Source of the DNA: Patescibacteria group bacterium
GTDB taxonomy: Bacteria > Patescibacteriota > Minisyncoccia > Phycocordibacterales > UBA12088
Assembly (NCBI GenBank): GCA_015491245.1
Contig: WFWH01000027.1
Span: forward strand, 1-60,155
Length of the DNA: 60,155 nucleotides
Direction of reading: 5' to 3'
Shown: positions 1 through 9,617 of the stretch, piece after piece
How positions within the stretch are numbered: the first letter of the stretch is position 1
Layout: each line of letters opens with the position of its first letter
Notes under the pieces: generated by a model
What the model saw: only the letters and a program-made list of their open reading frames with translations
Databases searched by the model: none
Told to the model about the DNA's origin: nothing
Program-made: the position numbers and the translations under genes

Positions 1-881
1 GCCGCCTGTTCGCCCTTTTCCTTGATGATGCGGTTAATTTCCTTTCGGGCCTGCTCCACCGCCTCTTCTATGCGGGCGGGCTGAATGCGGCCGTCCAGCA
101 TGAGGTTCTCCAGCGCCACGCGCGCCACTTGGCGGCGCACCGGATCAAACGAGGAAAGCAGAATGGTGCCCGGCGTATCGTCCACGATAACTTCCACCCC
201 CGTGGCGCGTTCAAACGCTTTTATATTGCGCCCCTCTTTACCAATGATTTTTCCCTTTATCTCATCGTTGGGGATGGTGACCGAGGTTGCCATAACATCG
301 GAGGGCACCGCATTGCCATAGCGGTGGATGGCGCTCACGAGTATCTCCTGCGCCTTTTTTTCCAGCTGCTCGCGGCCCGCCGCTTCCATTTTTTGAATGC
401 GCGCGCGCAGGTCTTCCTCGTACTGCTCTTGGATCTGCGCGAACAGCTCTTCCTTTGCTTCCTCCGCGCTCAAACCCGCAACGCGGGACCGCTCCTCTTC
501 CGCGCGCGCTATTGCGGCGCGCGCTTCCTCTTCCGCGCGCGCCGCGGCTTCCTCTTTTTGCTTGAGCGCCTGCGCCTCGGCGTCCAGCTCTTTGCGCCGC
601 GCATCCAAATAGGACTCGCGCTCCATCAGGCGCGCCTCTTGTTTTTTCAGGTGCTCCTCTTTCTCCCGCAGTTCCCGCCGCAGGGCTTTTTCCAGCTGCT
701 CCGCACGCTCACTCGCGCGCTCGGTAATGCGCTTTGCCTCTTCTTTTGCTTCTAAGAGGAGCTCCTTTATCTCCAATTCAATAGGCTTACGGCGCCCGCT
801 GCGGAAAAAGCGGTACCAGAGGAACCCACCGGCCGCCACCAATGCGGCCGCGAGTGCGATAACGAGTAGTGTGGTGGTCAT
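1..881 (-). CDS. rny: Ribonuclease Y, N-terminal ~293 aa (the gene continues beyond the window start)
   Basis: The reverse frame from ATG (881-879) reads MTTTLLVIALAAALVAAGGFLWY (membrane anchor). A long E/A/R/K coiled coil follows, then a KH-like segment NDEIKGKIIGKEGRNIKAFERATGVEVIVDD. The frame stays open to position 1. It is absent from the ORF track because it is truncated. Confidence 0.85.
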   Translation of the reverse strand, partial: MTTTLLVIALAAALVAAGGFLWYRFFRSGRRKPIELEIKELLLEAKEEAKRITERASERAEQLEKALRRELREKEEHLKKQEARLMERESYLDARRKELDAEAQALKQKEEAAARAEEEARAAIARAEEERSRVAGLSAEEAKEELFAQIQEQYEEDLRARIQKMEAAGREQLEKKAQEILVSAIHRYGNAVPSDVMATSVTIPNDEIKGKIIGKEGRNIKAFERATGVEVIVDDTPGTILLSSFDPVRRQVARVALENLMLDGRIQPARIEEAVEQARKEINRIIKEKGEQA

Positions 882-1083
882 AGGCGAGCCGATGCGCCCG
901 CCCTTTTTGCCCGTGTCGGGGTGTGCGGATTAGCCGCGCGCAGCGCGTGCGGGGAGGGAAACAGCGTGGTATGGCAATGGCGCGTTCATGGGCGAAAAGG
1001 GCGAGCCGCGTGTAGTTAACCGTCAATCAAATGGTAATGCGTATGCAACCGGTGCTTTGGCAGCTCATCTCTGCACACGGGGC

Positions 1084-1092
1084 ACTATAGCA
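1084..1092 (-). promoter_or_regulatory. Extended -10 promoter element (TGcTATAGT) upstream of rny
   Basis: The reverse complement of 1084-1092 is TGCTATAGT. The same TTGCTATA(C/G)T word recurs upstream of pilB and of the PBP gene. Confidence 0.35.
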
Positions 1093-1119
1093 AAAAAACA
1101 CCTGCTTCGCGAGCGGGTG
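1092..1119 (-). terminator. Intrinsic terminator after clpP
   Basis: An 8-bp stem (cacctgct/agcgggtg, one G-U) is followed on the minus strand by a 7-U tract (plus-strand A run 1092-1098). It lies just downstream of the clpP stop. Confidence 0.6.
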
Positions 1120-1146
1120 TGGGTGCGGGGAGCAAGGAGTAATGTT

Positions 1147-1749
1147 TCAGCTGCGCTTTTTTTCCTTGAGGATATGGTCCACCACGCCGTATTTCTTCGC
1201 CTCTTCGGCATTCATGAAAAAGTCACGCTCCACATCCTTTTCAATCTTGGCGAGCGGCTGGCCCGTATTTTTGGCGAGAATGCGGTTCAAGCGGTCGCGA
1301 ATAGCGAGAATGTGCCGCGCGGTAATTTCAATGTCGGTCGCCTGGCCCTCCACGCCGCCGAGCGGCTGGTGGATCATGACCTCGCTGTTGGGCAGGATAA
1401 ACCGCTTCCCTTTCGCGCCTGCGGAAAGCACCACGGCGCCGCCGGATGCCGCCATACCCACGCAGACGGTGGAGACAGAGGGGTGTACGTGGTTCATGGT
1501 GTCCACAATGGCGAGCGTGGCGGTAACGGAGCCGCCGGGGGAATTGATGTACAGGGAAATGTCCTTATCGGCGTCTTCCGAGGCGAGGAACAAAAGCTGT
1601 GCGACGACCAAATTTGCCGAGTGGTCGTCAATGGGTCCCGACAGAAACACAATGCGCTCCCGCAGAAGGCGCGAGTAGATATCGTACGCGCGTTCGCCGA
1701 ATTGCGATTTTTCAATGACGGTGGGGATAAGCATGGGATAGGTACGCAT
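1147..1749 (-). CDS. clpP: ATP-dependent Clp protease proteolytic subunit
   Basis: ORF 1147..1860(-). Motifs [48 protein letters not shown] and MIHQPLGG match the ClpP core. Start trimmed to ATG 1749 ([13 protein letters not shown]). Confidence 0.95.
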   Translation of the reverse strand: MRTYPMLIPTVIEKSQFGERAYDIYSRLLRERIVFLSGPIDDHSANLVVAQLLFLASEDADKDISLYINSPGGSVTATLAIVDTMNHVHPSVSTVCVGMAASGGAVVLSAGAKGKRFILPNSEVMIHQPLGGVEGQATDIEITARHILAIRDRLNRILAKNTGQPLAKIEKDVERDFFMNAEEAKKYGVVDHILKEKKRS

Positions 1750-1877
1750 TACTCTTAGGGCCGCCTGACGCCGCCCCTCGCGCACACCATACCACATGAA
1801 ATGTGCGGCGGCAAAAATAGTGCACATACTACGCCTCACGCGGTGCGTACGCCTCTGCATCCATTGGGCGTTACGCT

Positions 1878-2624
1878 ATGTTACGCTATAGAAGCGTGCG
1901 TATGCCTCGGGAAGAACGCTACAGTCAGGATCCCTCTGCCACACGGGAGGAGCGCGGGCCTCTACCTCCTTCCCAGGCACCACCCACGGGGATGGGGCGG
2001 GACACCACGTCAAGCGCGGAGAAAGCGCAGCCTTTTGAGACCGCGGTGCTGCTGCTTACACTGGAGGAATTTTTGGATGACATGGAAGAGGCGGTGGACG
2101 GAGACCGGGCCGCCGTTGCCGCTTTCCAAAAAACATTTGCGGCGCTGACGCTGCGTGAGCAAAAGCGCGTGCTCGCGCTCCCCTTTGAGTTGCGCAAGAG
2201 GCGGCTGGCATCACTCCATGCAGCCACGCGCGGTGACGGAAGAGAGATGGCTGCCGCCCTGCTCGCGCACGCGGCACGCGAGGGATGGACCATAGGCTAC
2301 CACCTCTCGCCCATAGATATTCGCCCGCACGCGGGAGAGTGGGCCGTGCGGGGGATGATAGTAGATGGCAGGGACGCTGCTCCCATGGCGCACTGCAGTA
2401 TGAGTGGTGACGCGCTGTATCTGGAAAAGCCAACTGCGTATTTGTATGTCGTGCGGGTCCTGGAGCGCCTCGCGCGGTATGATGCCACCGGCACGTGGGC
2501 GCGCGCTAACAATTTTTCCATCATCACCCAAATCCCTTGGCAGGAGTTCGTTGCGGCACTGCGCGCACAGCACGCGCGCGCGCAGGCTGCGGCGCATGCC
2601 GCTGCTGCGGCAAAGAGGCACTGA
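1878..2624 (+). CDS. Hypothetical protein
   Basis: The ORF fills the gap between flanking genes. The C-terminal two thirds have balanced composition (GWTIGYHLSPIDIRPHAGEWAVRGMIVDG, YLYVVRVLERLARYDATGTW). No family recognised and the start is uncertain. Confidence 0.45.
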   Translation: MLRYRSVRMPREERYSQDPSATREERGPLPPSQAPPTGMGRDTTSSAEKAQPFETAVLLLTLEEFLDDMEEAVDGDRAAVAAFQKTFAALTLREQKRVLALPFELRKRRLASLHAATRGDGREMAAALLAHAAREGWTIGYHLSPIDIRPHAGEWAVRGMIVDGRDAAPMAHCSMSGDALYLEKPTAYLYVVRVLERLARYDATGTWARANNFSIITQIPWQEFVAALRAQHARAQAAAHAAAAAKRH

Positions 2625-2637
2625 GGCCCGCCTCGTA

Positions 2638-3045
2638 TCACGTGGTGTCAGAACTATCGCGCGCAGATTTGTGCTGCGCTCTCCACTGTGCCAGCCAAAG
2701 AAAGGCGCGCCACTGCGCAGCGAGCGCTTCAGTGCTAATGGAACGCAGGATATGGCGCGCGCGCGGCGCAGTGCGGGAGAGGTATGCGTGCAGTACCTCG
2801 GCGTCCACCTCCTTGCCACTTTTCGTTACTTCCTGCAGGTGCCGCACAAGAGGGGAGAATAGCGCCGCGGCGCGTGCGAGCGCCTCTCCCGCCCCCGGTG
2901 GCAAATCTTCAAGGGGATTTGCGTCATCAGGGCCACGTTGCCACCCCTCAAGCAGTACCGCAACCACCTGTGCCATCTTTTCCTTTTCTTTTTCTTCGTT
3001 CTCCCGCGCAGCTCCTCCGCGGTGTTCAAAGGAAAATTTTTCCAT
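2638..3045 (-). CDS. Hypothetical protein
   Basis: ORF 2638..3072(-) trimmed to MEKFSFEH at 3045. The product is acidic and helical. No family recognised. Confidence 0.4.
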   Translation of the reverse strand: MEKFSFEHRGGAARENEEKEKEKMAQVVAVLLEGWQRGPDDANPLEDLPPGAGEALARAAALFSPLVRHLQEVTKSGKEVDAEVLHAYLSRTAPRARHILRSISTEALAAQWRAFLWLAQWRAQHKSARDSSDTT

Positions 3046-3320
3046 GGCCGTTGTGCGGCATACATGCCGCATAGTGCATTACTCACTATACGCGCTTGTG
3101 GTCCGCGGGTAAAGGAAGGGTGCGCAACTCGCGCTCTGCCGGCACACTGAATTAGATTTATATGGATAACAGTTTTTTATCCCACGGATGACGGATGTTG
3201 GTAAAGGTGTGGTGCATTGGGGCGGGGGTGTGCTACCCTGAGTGCGAGGGGTAGTCGGCGCTTTGTTGCGCGCAATCGGTTTGCGTGGAATAAGGCGCCA
3301 CAGTACACGTTTTTTTCGGC

Positions 3321-4382
3321 ATGGTACAGGAAGAGGGGGCGTCCCCCGAAAAAAGTGCGATGGGGTATTCTTCCGCCCACGAAGCAGCGCGGCACAGCGC
3401 GGCACGTCCGCCGCGGACGGAGGAGTGCGGAGGGGAGCAGGAAGGGCCCGCAGCGGACCGCCAACAAGAAACCGAGGAGCTTCTGCGCCGCGTGGAGGCG
3501 CAGGTGCAGGCGCTACGCACGCTCCATGACACGGCAAAAGCGCGCCTGGCGCGCATACTTAAGGATGACGAGGAGCGCGGCGCGTTGGAGTCGTTGCTGC
3601 AAATGGCATTGCAGGATAAAGAAGCGGCCGCGGCGGCGTACGACATGGTGCGCAGCCGCCTCTATGCCGCAGTGGTACTGGGTGAGGGGGAGGTGCAGAT
3701 TACCACGCCGCAAGACATTGTGCCGTGGTGCATACCGTCGCGTGTCCGCTATCAAGAGACCATGGATGCACTGCGGCGCCCTGAGGTAGTGGACCACCTC
3801 CTTGCGCGCGCGCAAGAGGGAGACGGCGCCGCCGCGGCGCTATTGGATGAGCGCGAGCGCCTCTTCTACGAAAACCGGGTGTTTCGAAAACTTTTTGAAA
3901 GGCGCTACGAAGTGGAGCGCGACGGTACGCGCCGCAGTGGTTACCTCAATCTGCTCTTCCAACTTCGTGCTGAAAGAGTGCGTAGCGGAAGCGGCAGCGT
4001 GCATGGCGTTGCGGAGCCGCAGCAGCGGGCACAAGAGCATCACAACTTCAATGAAAAAGTGCGCGCGCTGGCCGCCCGCGCCGAAGCGTCCGGAGGCATA
4101 CTGTGCCAAACCGAGCGGCCGCTTTTTAAATTGCAGGGGAAGAAGCAAAAAATTGCGGGATATGAAGAAGTGGCGGTGCTGGTGGTTCCCACGGGAGAAG
4201 AACAGGGGGAAAAGATATGGAAAGTTGCCGCCGCATACAGCGCACGAACAGGGGATTGCACCGATGCGATGGCGGCGGAAACGGCGCGGGGCGATGATTT
4301 CTTTGGATTTCCCCACTGGCTGCGTACGGCACTCATTGCGGCACAAAGGGAATCAGGAGGGCGTACGCAGGGAGCGCCGTAG
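3321..4382 (+). CDS. Hypothetical protein (coiled-coil-rich)
   Basis: A 353-aa ORF with normal composition (ERLFYENRVFRKLFERRYEVERDG, LFKLQGKKQKIAGYEEVAVLVVPTGEEQGEKIWKV). No family recognised. Confidence 0.5.
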   Translation: MVQEEGASPEKSAMGYSSAHEAARHSAARPPRTEECGGEQEGPAADRQQETEELLRRVEAQVQALRTLHDTAKARLARILKDDEERGALESLLQMALQDKEAAAAAYDMVRSRLYAAVVLGEGEVQITTPQDIVPWCIPSRVRYQETMDALRRPEVVDHLLARAQEGDGAAAALLDERERLFYENRVFRKLFERRYEVERDGTRRSGYLNLLFQLRAERVRSGSGSVHGVAEPQQRAQEHHNFNEKVRALAARAEASGGILCQTERPLFKLQGKKQKIAGYEEVAVLVVPTGEEQGEKIWKVAAAYSARTGDCTDAMAAETARGDDFFGFPHWLRTALIAAQRESGGRTQGAP

Positions 4383-4437
4383 CGCGGTGCGCCCACGGGC
4401 GGAGCGGTATGGTGTGCGTAGGCGCGCGTATACGCGT

Positions 4438-5592
4438 TTATTTTTGCGCGGTATCCTCTGCCGGTTGCGCCGCCTTTTGCGCGGCAGCCGCCTTATCCGC
4501 ACCCTCCTCTAAAAATTGCAGCACCGCTTGATTGGTGAGCAGGGTGGTGACATAGGTGCGGACGCGGTGCTCGTCGGCATCGCGGTAATGCTCCAGAATG
4601 TGCGCGGTTTCCTGCGCAACTTTCTCGGGATCAGGCGCAATGTTTTCTTTGCGTGCAACGGCGTCCAGGAGCAGCTGTATTTTGGCGCGCTTTTCTGCTT
4701 CGCCTTCCCACTCTTTCTTAAGCTCTTCCTCGGTTTTTTTCATGTGCGCGAGGTAGTGCTCCCACGACACGCCCATGCGCGCGACGCGCGCGCGAACCTC
4801 CTGCAGCATCTGTGTGAGTTCGCTCTCAATAAACACGCGCGGCACCGCAACGGTGGTTTTTGCCAGCAATGCCTCCATTAGTGCTTTGCGCCGCTCGTTT
4901 TTCTCAGCTTCTGCTTTTTCTTGGGTAATGTTGGCACGGATTTTTTCCCGCAGTTCCTGCACCGAGCGGAAGTCACCCAACTTTTGCGCCATGGCGTCAG
5001 TGAGCGGCGGCAGGTTTGCATCGGGAATGTGGTCGGGCACCGCTTCTCCCTTTGCACGCTTTTCTGCCGCTGCCTCGCGCCGGCGTATGTCGGTGATGAC
5101 CGCTTCCACCTCTTCATCGGTGGCGGCCGGCGGCGAGCCGCGCGCTTTTTTGCGCTCCTTTGCGGCAATACTGCGGTAGTCAGGCAAAGTTACCTCGGGC
5201 ATGACCGCCGTGATGATGCGAAAGCCGACTGGCTCTCCCGGAACCAGCTTGGTGAGTGAAACGGCGGGGCGGCTGATAACCTCCAAGCGGTGCGCCGCTA
5301 CCAGCGCGGGGTACTCCGCTGCGAGTGCCTCTTCCGCGACTTCTTTGAGGAGGGCTACCGCATCCATGCGCCCTTCTATGACCGAGGGCGGCACGTGCCC
5401 CTTGCGGAAACCCGGTATGTCTGCCGCTGCGGCAAGACGCTTGAGGGTTTTCTCGCGGAAGTGCTCCAGCACTGCCACAGGGATTTCTCCCGTGATCTCC
5501 ACTTCCGAGTGCTCACGGGGGGTGATGGTTACCTGTGTAAGCGAGGTGTGCGCACCCGATGTGTCGGTAGCGTTAGGTTTAGATGAGGGCAT
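4438..5592 (-). CDS. tig: Trigger factor
   Basis: The N-terminal ribosome-binding signature IPGFRKGHVP is present and the overall layout is trigger-factor-like. Start trimmed to ATG 5592 (MPSSKPNA). Confidence 0.8.
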   Translation of the reverse strand: MPSSKPNATDTSGAHTSLTQVTITPREHSEVEITGEIPVAVLEHFREKTLKRLAAAADIPGFRKGHVPPSVIEGRMDAVALLKEVAEEALAAEYPALVAAHRLEVISRPAVSLTKLVPGEPVGFRIITAVMPEVTLPDYRSIAAKERKKARGSPPAATDEEVEAVITDIRRREAAAEKRAKGEAVPDHIPDANLPPLTDAMAQKLGDFRSVQELREKIRANITQEKAEAEKNERRKALMEALLAKTTVAVPRVFIESELTQMLQEVRARVARMGVSWEHYLAHMKKTEEELKKEWEGEAEKRAKIQLLLDAVARKENIAPDPEKVAQETAHILEHYRDADEHRVRTYVTTLLTNQAVLQFLEEGADKAAAAQKAAQPAEDTAQK

Positions 5593-5730
5593 ACCCGTGC
5601 AGTGTAGCGGAAGGCGCCCGCAATGACAAATGTGCCGCACCAGATGGTGGATGTGCAGGGGTATATACCACGCCAAACCCCGCCGCCTCTTAAAGGCGGC
5701 GGGGTTAAAGACACAACAAAACCGCTGCCC

Positions 5731-6165
5731 CTAGTTTACCTGCGGCAGCGCCTGCTCTAATTCCGCCTCAATGTCAGAGAGCTCTTGATCCACCGCATCC
5801 AAATCGGTCTGCGAGAGGTCCTTTTCAATGGCACTGAGGTCATCGGAGGAGTCTTGCACGGAGAGCTGCTCCTCCAAGGGGTCGCGCGCGGGCGCGGGCG
5901 GCACTTCTGCGGGCGCGGCAGCTGGTGCGTTGGGCGCCTCGGCGCGCGGCGCGCTCCAGTAGTAGAGGCCCGCCAGTGCGAGCACTAACACGGCAAGTAC
6001 GATGCCGAGGGCGGGCAAGAGCGAGGGATGGTGTGCCTCCTCGGCAGGCGTAGTGTCGAGGCCATCCGGAGCGGTGCCGCCGGGTTGCGTTTCGGGGGCA
6101 TGTGCCGGTGCGTCATCGGGGCGGACTTGCGTTTCGGGAGTAGTGCGGTGTGGTGTGGGTTCCAT
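5731..6165 (-). CDS. Single-pass membrane protein, Pro/Ala-rich, acidic C-terminus
   Basis: One central hydrophobic helix (LLPALGIVLAVLVLALAGLYYW). No family recognised. Confidence 0.5.
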   Translation of the reverse strand: MEPTPHRTTPETQVRPDDAPAHAPETQPGGTAPDGLDTTPAEEAHHPSLLPALGIVLAVLVLALAGLYYWSAPRAEAPNAPAAAPAEVPPAPARDPLEEQLSVQDSSDDLSAIEKDLSQTDLDAVDQELSDIEAELEQALPQVN

Positions 6166-6224
6166 AGGCGATTGGTGGCGTTAATGGCAAATGAGGCGCG
6201 GGATGTGCTGGCGTACGTACGGGA

Positions 6225-7247
6225 TTACGCGCCGGTGTTTTCTCCCTCGGGAGTTGCCGCGCCCCCGTTTGTGGCGGGTGCGGGTGCTGGCGCGGCGGGA
6301 AGCGCTTCAGAGGCGCCGCCTGCCGCACTGCGACTGTCGGAGAGGGACGCTTTAATGGCACGCACCGTTTCTTTCATGGCGTCACGGAGCGCCTTCAGCG
6401 TTTCTTTCACAATGCCGATGCGCTCGCGCACTTCAGAGAAATACTCGCGCGGCGTATCCGACTCCAGCGTCTCTCGCGCCGCGGCGGCAACGTCGTCAAT
6501 GTCCTGCCGCGCCTGTGCGATGAGCTCGCGCATGGCGGCGAGCCCGTCGCGGGCATCTGAGAGGTCTATGCCACGCTGCGCCTCAATTTTATCTATGCGG
6601 CTCTCTATGCGCGCTGCAATCTGCTCCAGGCGGTCGGTTGCCGCGGTAAGCCGGCGCACGATGCGCTCCATAACGCGGGAAAAGCGTGCCGCCATGCGCG
6701 CTTCCATGCGCGCGCGCCGCGCCTCCGTAGAAGAGGCCCGCTGTGCGCGCAGCGCTTCTCGCCGCTCCTCCATGCGCGCCCTGCGCTCCTCCAGCGTTTG
6801 CAGGCGCGCTTCCGCCTTGGCATCAACGGCGCGCAGGCGCATTAGGGCGTCCGTGCGCCGCGCGCGCAGTTGCGCGCGCACCTCTTCGCGCTTTTCTGCA
6901 CGTACGGCGCGCTGCGGGGCGCCCTGTGCGCGCGTGTTCGGGCGCGCCGCGCGCGGCAGATCGCCGCGCACGCTGTCGCGCGGGCGCAGCGTGCGGCCGG
7001 GTGCACCTTCTCGGCGCTCGCGCGCCTCTTGTGTTTGCGCGCGCGGATTGCGCATGGTGTCTTGCATTTCCTTGCGCATGCGCGCCTCCATGCGCGCGGC
7101 GCGCTCCTTTGCCTCCATGCGCGCGGCGGGGCGCGGCATGCCTCTTTGCTCGTCCGTGTTGCGGTCCGCGGTGGCAACACTTGCGGAGAGGGCGAGTGCC
7201 AGTGCAAGCGCCGTAACGCCCGCGCGGGTGACTACTGAATGCTGCAT
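6225..7247 (-). CDS. Secreted Arg/Glu/Ala-rich coiled-coil protein
   Basis: From ATG 7247 the product starts MQHSVVTRAGVTALALALALSASVATA, which looks like a signal peptide. About 300 aa of charged heptad-like sequence follow. The + strand ORF 6028..7269 is Arg/Ser/Ala junk. Confidence 0.55.
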   Translation of the reverse strand: MQHSVVTRAGVTALALALALSASVATADRNTDEQRGMPRPAARMEAKERAARMEARMRKEMQDTMRNPRAQTQEARERREGAPGRTLRPRDSVRGDLPRAARPNTRAQGAPQRAVRAEKREEVRAQLRARRTDALMRLRAVDAKAEARLQTLEERRARMEERREALRAQRASSTEARRARMEARMAARFSRVMERIVRRLTAATDRLEQIAARIESRIDKIEAQRGIDLSDARDGLAAMRELIAQARQDIDDVAAAARETLESDTPREYFSEVRERIGIVKETLKALRDAMKETVRAIKASLSDSRSAAGGASEALPAAPAPAPATNGGAATPEGENTGA

Positions 7248-7370
7248 ACTAATTGCTGCTTTAGCTTGATAAGCGGCGGCGCACATGCGGCGCATATTGC
7301 ACGCCGCGCGGGTGCGCCGGTACTCTCTGTAACAGTATACCGCGCTTCATTGCGTGCTAATGCGGGGGTG

Positions 7371-7408
7371 TTGAAAACCGCGCCCCCGCCTTTTGGGCGG
7401 GGGCGCGG
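7371..7408 (-). terminator. Intrinsic terminator after nusA
   Basis: A 13-bp GC stem (ccgcgcccccgcc/ggcgggggcgcgg) with a 5-nt loop, followed by UUUUC on the minus strand. Confidence 0.6.
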
Positions 7409-7454
7409 TGCGGCCCGAGGGTGTAGTGCGGCTCGCTGCCGCCAGTTGTTATTT

Positions 7455-8972
7455 TTAGGAAGGTTCGGCTTGTTTTTTCTTCTCTTCTTTTTCGGCAAGG
7501 GAGTCCGAGGCGCGTGGCTCTTCCGGTTCCTCTTCTTTATTTTCTTGCACTTCTGTTGCCGCGCGTTCTTCTTCTGTTTCGGGTTGCGCCTCTTCTGCGG
7601 CCTCTTCGCGCGCTTCCGCCTCTGATGCCTCGTCGCTATGCGTAGTGTCCGCTACCGCTGCAGCAGACTGCACCTCTTCCGCAGGCGCTTCGCGTTCTCC
7701 CTCCGGCGCCGCTTCAGCGGGCGCTTCTTCGGGCGCGGTTTCCTGCTCCGCTTCCGCGGCGGGTGTTGCTTCCTCGGCCGTGTCGGCGGGGAGGGCGACC
7801 CCCTCCTCATCCGCTTCCGCCACGCTCTCACCCGCAACGGAATGGATGTCTATTTTCCAGCCGGTGAGCTTGGCGGCAAGGCGCACGTTTTGGCCGCCCT
7901 TGCCGATGGCAAGCGACTGCTGGTCTTCGGAAACCTCCACGGTAGCGCGGCGCGCCTCTTCATCCACCTCCACGCTGAGCACTTTGGCGGGTGAGAGGGC
8001 GTCTTCAATAAATTGGGCGGGGTCTTCCGACCATTCAATAATATCTATCTTCTCGCCGCCCAGCTCGCTCATGACAGTGGAGACGCGCACGCCGCGCTGC
8101 CCCACCAAGGCACCCACGGGGTCAATGTGCTCGTCCACCGCGTGCACCGCGATTTTGGAGCGGCTGCCGGGCTCGCGCGCAATGCCCTTTATTTCCACCG
8201 CGCCCTGCGCCAGCTCGGGCGTTTCCAACTCAAACAGCTTTTGCAGGAAGCGCGGGTGCGAGCGCGACACGCGTAAAAACACGCCGCGGTGCCCCTCTTC
8301 CACATTGTAGAGGTAGGCGCGGATGCGCTCTCCCTGCCGGAAGCGCTCGCCCGGGATTTGCTCGTCGTAGGGGAGAATGGCGGGCGCGCGGCCCAGATCC
8401 AAATACACATTGCCGCGCTCAATGCGCTGGACGGTGCCGGTGACGATCTCACCCTCGCGCGATGCGTACTCGCTCATGATGGAGTGCTTTTCCGCCTCGC
8501 GGATTTTTTGGATGATGACCTGCTTTGCGGTTTGTGCCGCGATACGGCCGAAATCCGCCTGTGCCTCCAAGGGGAAGACGATTTCCTCATCCAATTGCGC
8601 GTCCGCCTTGATGCGCCGCGCGTCTTCCAAGAGAATGTGCTGCTCGGGGTTATAGCGGACGCGGTTGTCTGCATCAAGGTCGCTGGTGTCCAGCCCCTCT
8701 GCTTCGCGCGCTTCGCGTTCGGCGCGCTCGGCTTCCACCTCTTCGGGCATTTTTACCTGTTCGGGAGTCACCACTATTTTCACTTGGTAAAACTCCACCG
8801 CGCCGGTGGCAAGGTCAAATTTTGCGCGCACGATCTGCCCGCGCTTGCCGTACTCTTTTTTGTAGGCGGTGGCGAGCGCGGTTTCAATCGCCTCTATGAC
8901 TTTTTCGCGCGGAATGCCGCGCTCTTCCTCCAGTTGGTCCAAGACCGAATTGATGACTTTGAGATCAAACAT
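7455..8972 (-). CDS. nusA: Transcription termination/antitermination factor NusA with a long acidic C-terminal tail
   Basis: MFDLKVINSVLDQLEEERGIPREKVIEAIETALATAYKK (NusA N-domain), S1- and KH-like segments (GGQNVRLAAKLTGWKIDI). Start trimmed to ATG 8972. Confidence 0.93.
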   Translation of the reverse strand: MFDLKVINSVLDQLEEERGIPREKVIEAIETALATAYKKEYGKRGQIVRAKFDLATGAVEFYQVKIVVTPEQVKMPEEVEAERAEREAREAEGLDTSDLDADNRVRYNPEQHILLEDARRIKADAQLDEEIVFPLEAQADFGRIAAQTAKQVIIQKIREAEKHSIMSEYASREGEIVTGTVQRIERGNVYLDLGRAPAILPYDEQIPGERFRQGERIRAYLYNVEEGHRGVFLRVSRSHPRFLQKLFELETPELAQGAVEIKGIAREPGSRSKIAVHAVDEHIDPVGALVGQRGVRVSTVMSELGGEKIDIIEWSEDPAQFIEDALSPAKVLSVEVDEEARRATVEVSEDQQSLAIGKGGQNVRLAAKLTGWKIDIHSVAGESVAEADEEGVALPADTAEEATPAAEAEQETAPEEAPAEAAPEGEREAPAEEVQSAAAVADTTHSDEASEAEAREEAAEEAQPETEEERAATEVQENKEEEPEEPRASDSLAEKEEKKKQAEPS

Positions 8973-9143
8973 ACGCGTGGGTGAGATGGCTAACGTGGTG
9001 CCCCACCTTGAGGGGCGCCCTGCGCGCCGCGGTGCCGGCGCCCTATACAAAGAAGCGCCCCCGCGCGGGGACACTGCAGTACACCACACAGTATACGGGG
9101 CAAAGGCGCGCGCGTCAAATGTTGGGATGGCGTGAGTAAGGTA

Positions 9144-9173
9144 TTGACAATATATACTATGCTATGTTATAAT
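9144..9173 (+). promoter_or_regulatory. Sigma70-type promoter (TTGACA, 18 nt, TATAAT)
   Basis: TTGACA at 9144-9149 and TATAAT at 9168-9173, inside an AT-rich island. AGGAGA at 9191-9196 precedes ATG 9202. Confidence 0.65.
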
Positions 9174-9201
9174 TTAAAAAGAAAATTATTAGGAGAGCGC
9201 A

Positions 9202-9534
9202 ATGAAGAAACAGGAACAGCGCGACCTCCGCCGTCTGGCGGCGGAGGCCAAGGCCGCGGCGGCCGCGGCGAGGACGCAGGCGGCCAGGGCCTCGGCCCTG
9301 GCCAAGGCGGGGAAGCCCTCCGCGGCGGCCCGCGCGCTCGCCGCCGCTTGGGCGGCGGAGGCCCGCCGCCTCACCCCCAATCCCGCCGCCGCGGCGCATG
9401 CCGCCGCGGCGTGGGAGGCGGTCGCCGCCGCCGCCGGTGAGGTGGCGGCGGCGGCGGAGAAGCGGGGGAAGAAACCCCCGCTCACGCCCGCCGAGCGCGA
9501 GCGCCGCCTCGCAGCGCTCGCAGCGGCCGCCTAA
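9202..9534 (+). CDS. Small Ala-rich basic protein (110 aa), unknown function
   Basis: A self-contained unit: consensus promoter, SD, ORF MKKQEQRDLRRLAAEAKAAAAAART..., then tandem terminator hairpins. Coding status is not proven because GC is extreme and all frames are open. Confidence 0.45.
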   Translation: MKKQEQRDLRRLAAEAKAAAAAARTQAARASALAKAGKPSAAARALAAAWAAEARRLTPNPAAAAHAAAAWEAVAAAAGEVAAAAEKRGKKPPLTPAERERRLAALAAAA

Positions 9535-9546
9535 GAGTTCTTTCTC

Positions 9547-9617
9547 CCCCGCGGCAGGCACCTGCCTGCCGCGGGGACCCACTTGCACCCCGCCGTCTCC
9601 GGACGGCGGGTTTTTTT
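9547..9617 (+). terminator. Tandem hairpins; the second is a classic intrinsic terminator
   Basis: Hairpin 1 at 9547-9576 has a 13-bp stem. Hairpin 2 at 9589-9610 (cccgccgtc/gacggcggg) is followed by TTTTTTT at 9611-9617. Confidence 0.8.

Noticed and set aside
3150-3200. Inverted repeat tggataacagttttttatcca with DnaA-box-like halves (possible oriC)
   Set aside because: The halves deviate from TTATCCACA. There is only one pair, with no AT-rich unwinding element and no dnaA/dnaN context. It is more likely an operator or terminator in a divergent promoter region.
6028-7269. A 413-aa + strand ORF opposite the coiled-coil gene, plus several nested ORFs
   Set aside because: The product is Ser/Arg/Ala low-complexity and lacks a signal peptide or SD. 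The minus-strand frame has a signal peptide and regular charged heptads.
9157-9588. Minus-strand ORFs antisense to the Ala-rich mini-gene
   Set aside because: The promoter, SD and terminators are all oriented for the + strand. The antisense frames are open only because of the GCN-rich sequence.
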